A stretch of 63,150 bases of DNA, the filler included, from Chiloscyllium plagiosum (taxonomy: Eukaryota), in the NCBI RefSeq assembly GCF_004010195.1. It is 6 parts of one record of this genome, joined end to end, with 100 filler letters (N's around TTAATTAATTAA, not from the genome) between each part and the next. Parts side by side here need not be neighbours in the genome. Positions count along the whole stretch, not along the records: positions 43,350 to 56,737 come from NC_057717.1; positions 56,838 to 63,150 come from NC_057717.1; 4 more parts are not named here. The stretch is one strand, 5' to 3'. Shown here piece by piece: positions 48,797-61,381 of the stretch. Under the pieces are notes generated by a model, which worked only from the letters and a program-made list of their open reading frames with translations, searched no databases and was not told where the DNA came from. The position numbers were made by a program, and so were the translations under genes. Each line of letters opens with the position of its first letter. The stretch's first letter is position 1.

Positions 48797-51700
48797 TGTC
48801 TTCTCCCCCCAAAAAAAGAACCATCGATGCTAAAAGATGGCTGCATTTTTAACACTTCAAACCCAGTTAGTAGTCTCAATACAGACAGATACACTATACT
48901 AACTGTAAACATTCAAACACAAACCTATGCAAATTCAGGCCGCGGTGCACCCACCATCGAACACCTTCGTATCTCATTCGAGTCTCAATAGCTCATCAGC
49001 TTTCACGTTTTCGCGACCTGCCACATGCACAGTTGTCAGATTGAATGGCTGCAACAACAAGCTCCATCTAAACAGTCTGACATTTTTGTCCTTAATTTTT
49101 TCCACAAATGTCAATGTGTTGTGATCAGTGTATACGATTATCTCAGATGCATTGCTGGTAATATAAACACGGTCTGGTGTAATGCCAACACCAAGTTTAA
49201 AGTCTTTTTCATTACCGTTGAACATTTCTCTTGATGAGCGTTCGACTTCCCAGAAAAATACCCGATGGGTCTTTCTATTCCCTTATCATCCTCCTGCAGC
49301 AACACCGGACCAATACCCACATCACTGGCATCGATAGCCACCTTGAAAGCCTTCATGTAATCTAGTGTAGCTAATACTGGGGGCAGTGGTTAACACCGTT
49401 TTTTAAGCTGTAAAATGCCTTTTGACAGTCCTCTGTCCACTGAGAGTTCTTGCCCTTGTCAATTCGGTGAGTGGAGCAGCCACAAGGCTTAAAGTTTGGA
49501 ACAGACTTTCAGTAAAATCCAGTCAATCCCAGGAATCGTAGCACTGCATATTTCGTTTTGTCGACGGTGTGAAACATTCCCCAACTACTTTCATTTTCGT
49601 ATCTCATTGTGCCATTTGTCCATGTCCGAGAACATGACACAGGAACGTGACTTGGGCTTTCTGAAATTCACTTTTAGCTAGGTTTACCACCAAGCCTACC
49701 TCCTGAAGTCAATTGAACAAGTCTGATAAATGCTGTAAATGTTCAGTTCATGAGTGACTAAAAACCACCAGGCCATCAATGTACACCACATAGTTGGGTA
49801 ATCCGGAAATGACCTTATTATCAGTCCCTGAAACGTGGCTGGATCGTTTTTCATAATAAATGCCACAACTTTGAACTGATATAGTCCATTTGGCGTTATG
49901 AAAGCCGAAATTTCCTTCGCTCTCTCTGGCAGAGGTTCTTTCAGTAGCCTCTGAGCAAATCCAACTTAGAAATGTAAATAACTTCTCCCACCTTTTCGAC
50001 ACAATTCTCCAAGCATGGAATTGGATATGCATCAGTCTTTGTAACGGCATTGACTTTGTGAAAGTCCACACATGGCCATTGGGTACCATCTGGCTTTGGT
50101 ACCATGACTATATGTGAACTCCAGTCACTGCAACTCACTTCGATTATGACATCTTGGAGTGTGCGCTCTATCTTCTTCTGAACCTGTGCCAATTTTGGTC
50201 AGTCATGCCTATAAGGATGTTGCTTAATCAGAACAGCATCCCCTGTGTCTGCATCATGCACAATTATCTTCATACTATCCAGTTTATTGCCGAATATCAC
50301 TCCACGATATCGTAATAACTCTTTCAGGTCACTTTGATTTTCTTGTGTAAGGTAACTCAATAGTTTATCCCAATTTTTGACAATTTTCTCATTGTTCAAT
50401 TTGATTTGAGGAATGTCCAATTCAGAATCCTCTGAACTTGGTTCTTCCTTCTGTGCTGTCATCATTAACACCTTCTCCTCTTGCTTTCCTTCCCTAACAA
50501 AATACCTGTTGATCACATTCACATGACACACTCTGTGAGATCTAATCCTGTCTGGAGTCCGTACAAAGTAGTTCACCTCATTCAAAATCTTCCCAATTTG
50601 ATAAGGTACACTAAAACTTGCTTCTCCAGGCTCAACTGTTACTGGAAGTGACACCAATACCTTATTCCCAATTGCAAAATTGCGAATTTGTGATTTTTGA
50701 TCCAGTTCCTGTTTCATTGTATGCTGCGATACTTTTAAATGCTGTCTAGCCAACACTCCAGCACTATTTACTCGTTCCCTAAAATTTGACACATCTTTCA
50801 AATGGGTGGTCTCTGAATTCTGATTTATTAATTTCTCGTTAACCAATGGTAATGGTCCTTTTACTTCATGCCCACAAATTAATTCAAATAGTCTGAATTT
50901 GGTCAATTCATTCCGTGCGTCTCTGATCACAAAGAGTTCAAGAGGAATTTCCTTATCACATTCATCTGGATAATCCTGACCATAAACCCTCAACATGGTC
51001 TTCACTGTTTGATGCCATCTCGCTCATGCCCACTGTGATTCCGAATAATACGTAGCAGATTTGAATTGCTTTATTCCGAAGTTATTCATCACCTGCTTGA
51101 ATAGTTCGGAGGTGAGGTTTGATCTGTCTGGATCTCTATTGGTAATCCGTACCTAGTTAAAAAATAAGCATTTTTTTCTACAACTCTTTTAGCTGTAATG
51201 CTGCATAATGGGTCTGCCTCTGGAAATCTAGTCGACAAATCCATTAGTGTTAATAAATACTTATTCCCACTTTTTGGTTGAGATAGGGGACCTACACAAT
51301 CTATCAAGACTCTTGGGAAAGGTTCCTCAAGTGTTGGAATCGGCCTTCAAGTTGCAGGTTTTATTACTGCCTGTGTGACATATTTGAGACGTCTGGAAAT
51401 ATTCAACTACATCTTTGTGGAGTCCAGGCCAGTGAAAATATCTTTGTATTTCAGCCCGTAATGTCCTCAAGCTGAAATGGTATCCAAGTGGTCGCTCATG
51501 GACCACTCGCAGCACCTCCTTTCTATACCCAACAGGAAAAACAGTTTGATGAATTTCTGTCCACGTCTGATCTGCTTCAATGTACGCTGATCTCCATATC
51601 CGCATTACGACATCATTTGTTAAGTAATAACACACAGGAATGCATTCATTCTCTTTCTTGTTAAATATCTTTTGATAAATCTTTTTAAACTCCTCATCTT

Positions 51701-53608
51701 TCTGCTGTAATTCAATCAGCTTAGCAGAGCTAAAAATACGTTCATGTTTTCCTACTTGCTCCTTCTCTGTTCCACTTATCCGATCAGAAAGAAACTTTCG
51801 GATAACTCTACGTCAGCTTCCTTATCTGTGCCTTTATCCTGCTTAAACCTGTGTATCTGTGATCTTCTGGTCACGCAATCAGAGGAAATTCATGGTTAAA
51901 CATTTTCCAGGTCTTCAGTTGCCTGTATCTCCACTGGATTTTCAACTAGAGTAGGCAGCACGCCTACCAGTGAATCAGCTATATTATTTGCAAGGACAAA
52001 TTTTATTCCGGGAGCTGAGAGTTAGGGGTCCAGTACTCCTACCACACATTCTCCACTCTTCTCTGGACTCTCCAGCCTCACATTACATAACTGAGCACTT
52101 TTTGCCTCACTATGAATTCCTGTTCCCAGCGCATTTTATGGTAATAGTCTCTCAAGAGTACATAAAGCCTCAACCCTCAGCATTACAGACGGAAAAGATC
52201 CTGTGTCAATTAATATTGGAACCTCCTTAACAATTACTCCTGGCCTATGTGAATAAACGTTACCCTTTCATCTAAGTTTTTTATGCAGAATTGGCACGTC
52301 CACTGATCATCTTGTACACTCTGAGGCAGTTGCCTAACTCCCCTTATGCTTTTTGTTACGAGTCCAACAAAACTTCCAGGCTTGTCTGGTTATCCTACAG
52401 CTGGTTTTCTCCCAGCCCACCAACACTGTGATTTTGTGTGGCCCACTTTATTACAATGAAAACACCATAGTATTTTAACTTCTTTTTCCCCATCAAGGTT
52501 TTCTTTATTACTGTGGTAAATTATCCTTATAATCTGCACTGTAATCTACCTTTCCCTTTGCACGTGAGGATATCTCTTTGCTCCAATTTCTGTCCCTCAG
52601 AGACCAAAACTGGTTTTGGAAGCCAAACCAAGTTTATGTACCAGTTCATAATCATCAGCCATTTCAGCAGCTAACCTTACTGTTTGCACTCTCTGCTCTT
52701 CCACCTGAGTTTTCATTACTTCAGGTAGTGAATTTTTGAATTCCTCCAAATACTAACCTCTCTAAGGGCATTATAGCTTTGCTTGAATTTTAAAGCTCGT
52801 ATCCAACTATCGAAATTAGTCCGTTTGATCCTTACAAATTCAGTGTAGGTTTGACCAGGATTCCTCATTAGATTCGTGAAAGGTTGCATGTGCAGACAAA
52901 ATGTTTTTTTAACCTCTTCAGACTCCTCAGATACCTCCTCTGATAGGGATGTGAATATCTCACCAGTCCTACCTACAAGTTTCGTTTGGATCAACAAAAC
53001 CCACATTGCCTCTGACCACTGCATTTGTTTAGCCAACTTTTCAAATGAGATGCAAAGGGCATCACATTCTTCTCATCAAATTGAGGCAATGCTTAAACAT
53101 ACACAAACAAATTCTCACTAAGCTTCTGACTACCAGGGGCTTGCTCATCCTCACTCTCTTCCAGACTAAGCGCACCCCCAGCCGTTATCTCCAGCCTTTT
53201 ACACTGACTTTCTGCATTTCATCAAAAGTCAAATGTTTCATTTTGGCTGCCCTTTCCTTACCTCTCGACGTTAACTCAAGATGTTTCATTTGCAACTGAA
53301 TTCTTGCCATCTCTGACTCTGATGGTTTCTCCAGTAAGTTTAATTGACGAGCTACTGATGTAATTATCTCTCCTTTCCTTACAGAAGCAGTCAGTTCCAA
53401 TTCCAGCTTCTCAGCTAATTCTTGCAACTTGGTCTTTTTCACCTTTCGTAAAATTTCCAAAGTTACTGCACGCACACCCAGGAAACGTTTGGCGACTGAA
53501 ATAGCCATTACTATTCGAAGCTTTGTCAACCCAATCAAACTAATACCCGAATTAAAGACACTAGCACCTCCCACTCGCTGTTGAAAATCCAGCAATGAGC
53601 CCCCAGTC

Positions 53609-54254
53609 TATTATGGATGAGGCTAGACCACTCAAAACATTCTTAAGCAAGCAGCCCTGAGCATAACTTCGCAGTTTGTTTTGGTTATTATCCAATGAAA
53701 ATTACCCGGATTAATTTAGCTAGGATGATTTTAAATCAGACAAAAACGTTATTCACAATGTTAAACAATGAAACACAATTAACAGAATAAAGAACCCCTA
53801 CAGAATTCAACCTATCCAGCTAGACTTAATATTGCTCTTCCAAATACACACAATAGTCTCAATAATCAAAATTCCTTGAAAAAACGTTATAATGGAACGC
53901 ATGTTTCCAGGTTGAAGCTGAAGGGCAGAAAAGAGAGAGAGATTCAACACAGCTCCCAGTTGATCTTCCCAGTTCAAGACTCAACTGAAAACTGCTCAAC
54001 TCAGCTCAACGCAGCTAGCTCAGCTAAAAGAGCTGACCACTCCCCGTTCATGATACAGGTTACTTCGAAGGCATGACAACTTTGCCATGTAGTTTCATCT
54101 GTTTATATATAAATAAAAGGCCTCTGAAAATCTCTTTCGTGACTGTACCAAACCAGACTGATCGTAGCCTGGCCCCGTTTTATTGACCCTCTGAAAAACA
54201 TCAAGGACAGAGTCTACTTGAGTCAATGAACAGCTTTTAGCAAAAAAGAAGTCA
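53609..54254 (-). repeat. 5' LTR of Gypsy element 2
   Basis: Direct repeat of 48155-48796, about 80% identical by eye, adjacent to the PBS. Confidence 0.9.
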
Positions 54255-55282
54255 GAGAAGACAGGCTAGTGTTCTGTATGGAGGTCAGAGGCTGGTGGGA
54301 ACGGCTAATACTATCAGAATGTGGCTGATGTCAGATTTGTGAACAACATGACGTTCAATACAGGGTCACATACCAACTGTACAGCCAGATGGTGAGACTT
54401 CATTCAGAACCTGGAGCTCTCTCTCTCAACCAACATGGGGGCTCCATAGAGCTCTGTAAACTATCATCGAGTCATAGACTCCCACAGCACAGAGACAGGC
54501 CCATTATCACAAATTGGTTCATGCTGATCAAAATGTCCATCCATGCAAACCCCATTTCCCTGCTATTGGTCCATATCCTTCTAAACTTTTCCTATCTGTA
54601 CATTTGTCCAAATGTGAAGGCACGTATCATGGAAAACATGTTATATCTAATGCTATCCGTATTCTGTTTTGGAAATAATGAGTGTTGATTCATAACACTC
54701 CAGTGTTAATGCAATCACGTTTCATTCTTTTTGGAGCGTTGCAGATTAAACACTCATTTCCTTCACACTCTCCTCATGGTGTCATCACTGCAGGGATGAG
54801 ACCGGTGAAACTCCATTACACCGTCTCTCTGTAGCTAGGAGATCATTGATTATAAATGAAAGAAAATACTGTCTCAAGTACACTCCGCAACTGCAGGATG
54901 GTGTCTTCACACTTCTACTTTAATCATTTTGTAATGAACGATGCTACTCATTAATTGGTCTGATTATTTGCTGAGTCATAGATTCATAGAGATGCGCACC
55001 ATGGAAACAGGTTCTTCGGACCGACCCATCCATGCCGACCAGATATCCCAATCCCATCTAGTCCCACCTGCCAGTACCCGACTGCTCCGTAGGAATTCTG
55101 TTAGTGCCTCGTGATCAAGGACATCCAGCTCCTTTTCACCAAGAGCACTTCCCATCATCTCGCCTTCTCATAAATACAAAATGCGAAGGATGGCATTTTT
55201 TGCCAATCATTTATTTGCCTTATGAAGCAAAGTCACACCAACCACAACATCACTGTTGCCATTGGAGTTGATGGGAGATACT

Positions 55283-55755
55283 GAGGAGGCGATGATCCAG
55301 CTGCATTGTCTCCGAACATTAATCCAGGGAATTAGGTAATGACCCAGACACCGGATCCGAATCCCACAACGGCAAATGTTGGGAATTGAATTCAATAAAA
55401 TATCAGGAATTAAGAATCAAATGAAAAAATGAAACCATTGTTGATTGTCCTACCTGGCACCCCCATGCCCTTCAGGAAAGGGAATCTACAATCTTCAGCT
55501 GGTCGGGATTCCATGTAACTCCAGACCCACAGCAATCTGGTTAACTCTCAGTTGCAATTTGAAATAGCCAAGCCAGCCACTCAGTTATATCAGTCACTTC
55601 AAAGCCTCAAAGAAATGAAACCGCATGGACCTCAGCACTGATTACTTACAGCCCACGGACTGCAGTGGGTCAGGAAGGCAGCTCAACAAAACCTTCTCAA
55701 GAACAATGAGGAAAGGGAATTAAATGTTTACCCAGCATCCCATTCATGAATAAAG
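55283..55755 (+). mobile_element. tRNA-headed SINE-like repeat (non-HE1 family)
   Basis: B-box-like ggatccgaatccc, conserved body ctccagacccacagcaat..aactctc, tail catcccattcatgaataaa; other copies occur in the window. Confidence 0.6.
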
Positions 55756-56839
55756 GAAGATAATCCCACTCAGGGAAGAGAGAAAAACAGACATAAATAA
55801 CTTTAAACAGGAACTTTGACATATACCTTACATGGTCATAATTATCAGTAATATGGGAACAGGAGAAACATAAGTAAGGTTTAATTTCATTTTTTATTTC
55901 CATCCCAGCTGATCATCAACAATCCCTTTGTTTGCTTCTTTCTCTCTATCTCTCTCTCTTTCTCCATCTATTCAACTCAGTCCTTCTCCCCTTCATAACA
56001 GATGTCGGTGTCACCAACATCAATCACGCTATTTCCCAATTGTGTTCAGTTCTGATGTATGGTCATTAGAATCGAATTGCCAATTCTATTTTTCTCTCGA
56101 CCCGATGTGGCAGATGGGCTGCATCGCTGACAGGGGGAGCGTTTGTTGACCTAATCAAATGACATTTACTGCGAGGTCATTCTTTCAGGCAGTCCAGAAC
56201 CAAGCACATTGCTGTGGGTCTCACATCAATCTTAAGCCAGACCAGATAATAACACAAAATCTATTTACCAAAGGACATCAGTGAAATAGATGAAAATATA
56301 GACAAAATATTGGAAGTGTTATGGTTGTTATTTCCAATTCCTGTCTTTTGCATTTACTTTCTGACATCGTCAGTGGTAGGATGTGGAACAGTGTCTTTCT
56401 GTGTAATAACCTGTGATCTGAATTACATTTCTTCCGACATTACTGTTCTGAGAGAGTGTTCGTGTCATTATGTTATTTTAGAGACAAGAACAAAGTTGTG
56501 ATCGAAATATTTGCAACTGAAAGAGTGCTTAGAGGAGACGTGGAACCATAACGTCTGAATTTTACCAAAGCTTAGATAATGGTTTATTAAGCGTCAGTTT
56601 GAAGCCAAGATGGTGACTGGGCATATAATCGAGCTGGTAGTGGATAGGTTTTGTGATGGATAGAATAACGAAACATAAATGAATTTCATTTATTTAAATT
56701 CGGTATTGTGAACAGTCTCGTTCTCCGATGCTTGTGANNNNNNNNNNNNNNNNNNNNNNNNNNNNNNNNNNNNNNNNNNNNTTAATTAATTAANNNNNNN
56801 NNNNNNNNNNNNNNNNNNNNNNNNNNNNNNNNNNNNNAT

Positions 56840-57343
56840 CGCCCCTGGTTTTGTGAGGTAACAGACGCTGTTCTATCCTCCAGTGTCTGGGTCACAATCG
56901 AGTCCCTCCACCACATTCTAACTCCGGGTGTCCCATTTCTCCTGATTCTGCTGCTCAATGTTATCACCGTCAAACACATTTTAGTGACCAGCAGAGCCCG
57001 CAGGAGACTCCGCGCTCACACCAATGGGAATGCTCACTCTGACACCGAAATGAGAAACCGAAAAAAATCCATCATTTTACTGTTTGTGATCTCGGCCAAT
57101 TTCATCCTGTTATGGTCAACGTTAATGCTGTATTCTATATGGAACCGGATAAGGAGGATTGAGTATCGTCCTGTGTATCTCCATCTCTTTGTGCAGGAAT
57201 TGGGCTTCATATTGCAGCTCCTCAGTTGCTGCACAAACACCGCGATTTATGCCGTGACCCAGACTAAGTTCAGGCAGCAGCTGAAGAATGTGCTGAAATG
57301 TCCCTTCTCCCAAATCCATCCATCCATCAAATTCCCTCATTAA
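56840..57343 (+). CDS. GPR139-like class A GPCR, C-terminal half (ECL2 to TM7 and tail); 5' part in a gap
   Basis: Uninterrupted frame from the gap edge: RPWFCEVTDAVLSSSVWVTIESLHHILTPGVPFLLILLLNVITVKHILVTSRARRRLR..RKKSIILLFVISANFILLWST..QLLSCCTNTAIYAVTQTKFR..FPH*. Clear paralog of 9903-10812. Confidence 0.85.
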   Translation, partial: RPWFCEVTDAVLSSSVWVTIESLHHILTPGVPFLLILLLNVITVKHILVTSRARRRLRAHTNGNAHSDTEMRNRKKSIILLFVISANFILLWSTLMLYSIWNRIRRIEYRPVYLHLFVQELGFILQLLSCCTNTAIYAVTQTKFRQQLKNVLKCPFSQIHPSIKFPH

Positions 57344-57399
57344 TCAATCCATCCGGCATTTTCTCACTTCAGTTCAGTGTTTCAGCGATGAAGCAGCCT

Positions 57400-57413
57400 G
57401 TCGCTATGGTAAC
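57400..57413. promoter_or_regulatory. RFX X-box-like motif
   Basis: GTCGCTATGGTAAC fits GTNRCY-N(0-3)-RGYAAC; function untested. Confidence 0.3.
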
Positions 57414-58109
57414 AGACTGAGGGTAGCGCTGGTTTGTCCATCCTTATCCCACAGCGGGGTAACAGGGAAACATTTCAATGTTTCTCACAAATCAGGGGCC
57501 AGTGAGAAAAGATACCATCCCACTGACTGCATCCATCACTTCCATTTGTATACAAGAAAAATGTTCATTAAATCGTGCCGAGCAGCAGAGTGACCGATGT
57601 TGTGTGTCTTTGTGTTGGAGAAGCTGAGTTGGAGAGAGACAAACTCAGCCCCAAGTCCTGGTCCTCAGGGAAGGGGAGGGCACCGCGTCCTGAGCTCAGG
57701 AGCTGGGATTAACTCCCTCTGTCCCCCACTCCAATTTGACCTCCCTATTTCCTCTCTCCTACTCTTTCTCCTTATTTCTCTCCCTCTCTCTGCACACTCA
57801 CTCACTCTCACCACCTCTCCATTTCACTCTCTCTCGTACCCCCTCTCTCACCCCCAACCCTGGTTTCTCCACCTGTCTCCACGCTTTTCTCTCCACCTCC
57901 CCCTCCCGCTCACTCTCACTGTCCTGATATCGCTGTCTCCCTCCCACAATTTTCCCTTTCTCGCACATCTCACCACACCCCCCCAAATGCAACCTCACAC
58001 CCAAACCACCCAGTCTCTGTGTCAGAGGGAGGGGGAAGGACCAGGGAGACAGAGTGCGTCAGAGAGAGAGGGAGGGAGGGACAGGAGGGAGAGAGATTCA
58101 GTCAGAGAG

Positions 58110-60656
58110 AAACCTCAGAGTTACTGCGTCACTATCAACAGGGCCCTCCTCACACTGATTGTGTCACGATCACCCTGACCCCCTCATACCAACTGTGTCA
58201 CTATCACCCTGACCCCCTCACACTAACTGTGTCACTATCATCCTCACCCATCACAATTACTGGACCTCCTCACACTTACTGCATCACTATCAGCCTCTTC
58301 CCTCACACTGACTGCGTCACTATCAAACTGACCACCTCACACTTATTGCATCATTATCATCCTGCCCCCTCACACTTACTATGTCACACTTATTGCATCA
58401 TTATCATCCTGCCCCCTCACACTTACTATGTCACTGTCACCCTACACACCCACACTGACTGCGTCACTTTCAGTCTAAAACCCCTAAACTTACTGCGTCA
58501 CTATCAGCCTGAGCCCCTCACACTGCATGCGTCACTATCACCCTGACCCCCGCACACTTACTGCGTCACTATCATCCTGACCTCCACACAATTACTGTGT
58601 CACTATCACTCTGACCTCCTCACACTTACTGTATCACTATCAACCTGACCCGCTCACACTTACTGCATCAATATCATCCTGCCCACTCACACTTTCTGCG
58701 TCACTGTCACCCTGACCCACTCACACTTACTGCGTCACTATCACCCTGACCTCCTCACAATTACTGCATCACTATCACACTGACCTCCTCACACTGACTG
58801 CGTCACTGTCACCCTGACCTCCTCACACTGACTGCATCACAATCACCCTGGCCTCCTCACACTTATTGCGTCACCACAAGCTGGACACACTCACACCTAC
58901 TGCGTCAGTATCAGACTGAGTCGCACACACTTATTGCATCACTACCAGTCTCTCCTCATCACACTTACTGCGTCACTATCACCCTGGCACAATCACCCTT
59001 ACTGCATCACTATCACCCAGAGCCCCCTCACACTTACTGTCACTTTCACCCTGACACCTCACACTTACTGCGGTATTATCCCCTGACCCCCTCACACTTG
59101 CTGCGTACAATCATTCTGACCCCCTCACACTTACTGCGTCAATATCACCCTAACCCCCTCACACTTACTGCGTCACTATCACACTGAACCCCTCATACTG
59201 ACTGCGTCACTATCAACCTGACCCCCTCACACTTACTGCATCACTATCACCCTGACCTCCTCACACTTACAGCATCACTCCAAGCTGGACACACTCACAA
59301 CTGCTGCGTCACTATCAGACTGACCCCTCACACCTACTGCATCACTATCACCCTGGCACAATCACACGTACTGCACAACTGTTACCCTGACAACTCACAC
59401 TTACAGCATCAATGTTAGTCTGACCACCTCACACTTACTGCTTCACTGTCACTCGGGCCCCTCTCATACTTACTGCGTCATTATCACCCAGACCCCCTCA
59501 CAATTACTACGTTACTGTCACCCTTACACACTCACACTGACTGCGTCACTATCACCCTAAAACCCCGACACTTACTGCGTCACTATCAGCCTGACCCTCT
59601 CATATTCACTGTGTCACGAGCACCTGACCCACAATTACAGCATCACTATCACCCTGACACAATCAGATTTACTGCGTCACTACCAGCATCTACCCCTCAC
59701 ACTTACCCTGACCCCAGCGCACTTAAAGCGGCACTGTCACCCTGACAACTCACACTTGCAACATCAATGTCAGCCTGACTCCCTCACACTCACTGCGTCA
59801 CTGTCACCCTCCCTCTCACACTTACTGCGTAACTATCAGCCTTATCCCCTCACACTCACTCGGTCATTGTCATTCTGACCCTCTCACACTTACTGCGTCA
59901 CTATCAGCCTGACCCCCTCACATTTATGCGTCACTATCAGCCTTACCCCCTCACACTTACTGCGTCACTGTCATCCTGACCCCCTCACACTGCATCACTA
60001 TCACCCTGACCCACTCACACTTACTGCGTCACTGTCACCCCTGACCCCCTCACACTTACTGCGTCACTATCACCCTGACCCCTCAAATTTGTGCATCACT
60101 ATCAGCCTTACCCCTCACACTTACTGCATCACTGTCAGCCTGACCCCTCACAATCATTGCATCACTGTCACCCTGACCACCTCACACTTACTGGTTCACT
60201 CTCACTCTGACCCCCTCATACTTACTGCGTCGCTACCAGCTTCTCCCCCTCACACTGACTGCATCAGTGTCACGCTGAAGCTCAACTCACTTACTGTGTC
60301 ACTACCAGCCTCTCCCTCTCACACATACTGCATCACTGACACCCTGACCTCTCATATTTAGTCTGTTACTATCACCCTGACCCCTCACACTTACTGCTTC
60401 ACTGAGAGCCTGAATCCCTCACACTTAATGCGTCATTGTCACCCTGACCCCCTCACACTTATTGCGCCACTATAGACTGACCCCTCACACTGTCTGCATC
60501 AGTATAGACTGACCCCTCAGATATACGGCGTCACTATCAGTCTGACCTCTCACAGTTACTGCTTCACTATCACCCTGACCCCCTCACAATTACTGCATCA
60601 CTGTCACCCTGATCCCTCACATTTATTCTGTCACTACCACCCTGAGCCCCTCACAC
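58110..60656. repeat. 34-bp minisatellite, about 75 diverged units
   Basis: Consensus CTCACACTTACTGCGTCACTATCACCCTGACCCC, head to tail with no unique spacers. Confidence 0.95.
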
Positions 60657-61103
60657 TAGACAAGATCAACATGAACAAGTGCAGCATTATTTGAACTTAC
60701 AGAGTCCATTCATCAGTCTAACGTGGCTTTCCTAATAGTTTATATTCATAAATTAACTATCCCCACGTTATTGTGCAGTCGGCGTGTGAACCCGTACTGA
60801 ACGTCATGTTGCTCACAATCCCCAATAGCAGCCACAATACCTTCCGTCTGAAACAGGTAGCCATTCCCACCGGCTTCAGCCTTTCATAAACAACTGTCTT
60901 CTCGGAGATGGAAGGTGCCTTCTTAAGACTTCACACAAGACATTTGGCTTCCCTCCTCACCACTAGAAAACCATGTTCAAGTCCCACGTGTGTATCATGA
61001 GCAACGGAGCCAGGAAGAACAACGTGGAGCAGTCTGTCTGTCCAGCCTCTGCTCCACTTGTTCATCATGTTAGAGCATCAATTAGGAGACACTTAAGACT
61101 GCC

Positions 61104-61212
61104 GATGCTGGAGATCAGAGTAGAGCATCAATTGCTGGAAAAGCACAGCGGGTCAGGCAGCATCCGAGGACCAGGAGAATCGACATTTTGGGCATATAAC
61201 ATTCATCAGGAA
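61104..61212 (-). mobile_element. Short Penelope-derived fragment with degenerate hammerhead motif
   Basis: Same family as 42741-42833; minus strand reads ATTCCTGATGAATGTTATATGCCCAAAATGTCGATTC. Another copy starts at 63105 and is cut by the window end. Confidence 0.8.
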
Positions 61213-61381
61213 TCAGCATCAATTACCTCATTCTGCCCCCATTGAGGTGGGAATGGCCTCCAACTGTTCCTGTATAAGTGACTCAAGGGACTGACTGGCT
61301 TCAACCTCGTCCGATTGGACATGGCCAAGGGCCTGACTGGTTACCCCTGGTTCCTGTTTGACAGCTCATTATACAGACTAG

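Larger units (their letters stand above)
48155..54254 (-). mobile_element. Full-length degenerate Gmr1-like Gypsy LTR retrotransposon
   Basis: LTRs 53609-54254 and 48155-48796; PBS TGGGGGCTCATTGCTGGAT (tRNA-Pro-like) at about 53587-53605; PPT GGGGGGAGAAG at about 48800-48810; GAGA on both flanks. Order: SCAN-like gag, CFHCNKVGHTKSQC, protease region, integrase (FHWPGLHKDV, IDCVGPL, IQTDQ), RT (PKPDGT..VDFHKVN, YIDG), RNase H (AIDASDVGIG, VYTDH, ENVKAD). Confidence 0.95.

Noticed and set aside
50199..51005. 268-aa ORF as a host or domesticated gene
   Set aside because: It is the integrase C-terminal and linker part of the Gypsy pol, flanked by frameshifted pol fragments.
57597..58178. 193-aa ORF after the GPCR
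   Set aside because: Translates CT-rich and GA-rich low-complexity tracts; no recognisable protein.
58110..60656. CRISPR-like array or His/Cys/Thr-rich repeat protein
   Set aside because: Units are contiguous with no unique spacers, there are no cas genes, the context is vertebrate, and the 34-bp period breaks reading frames.
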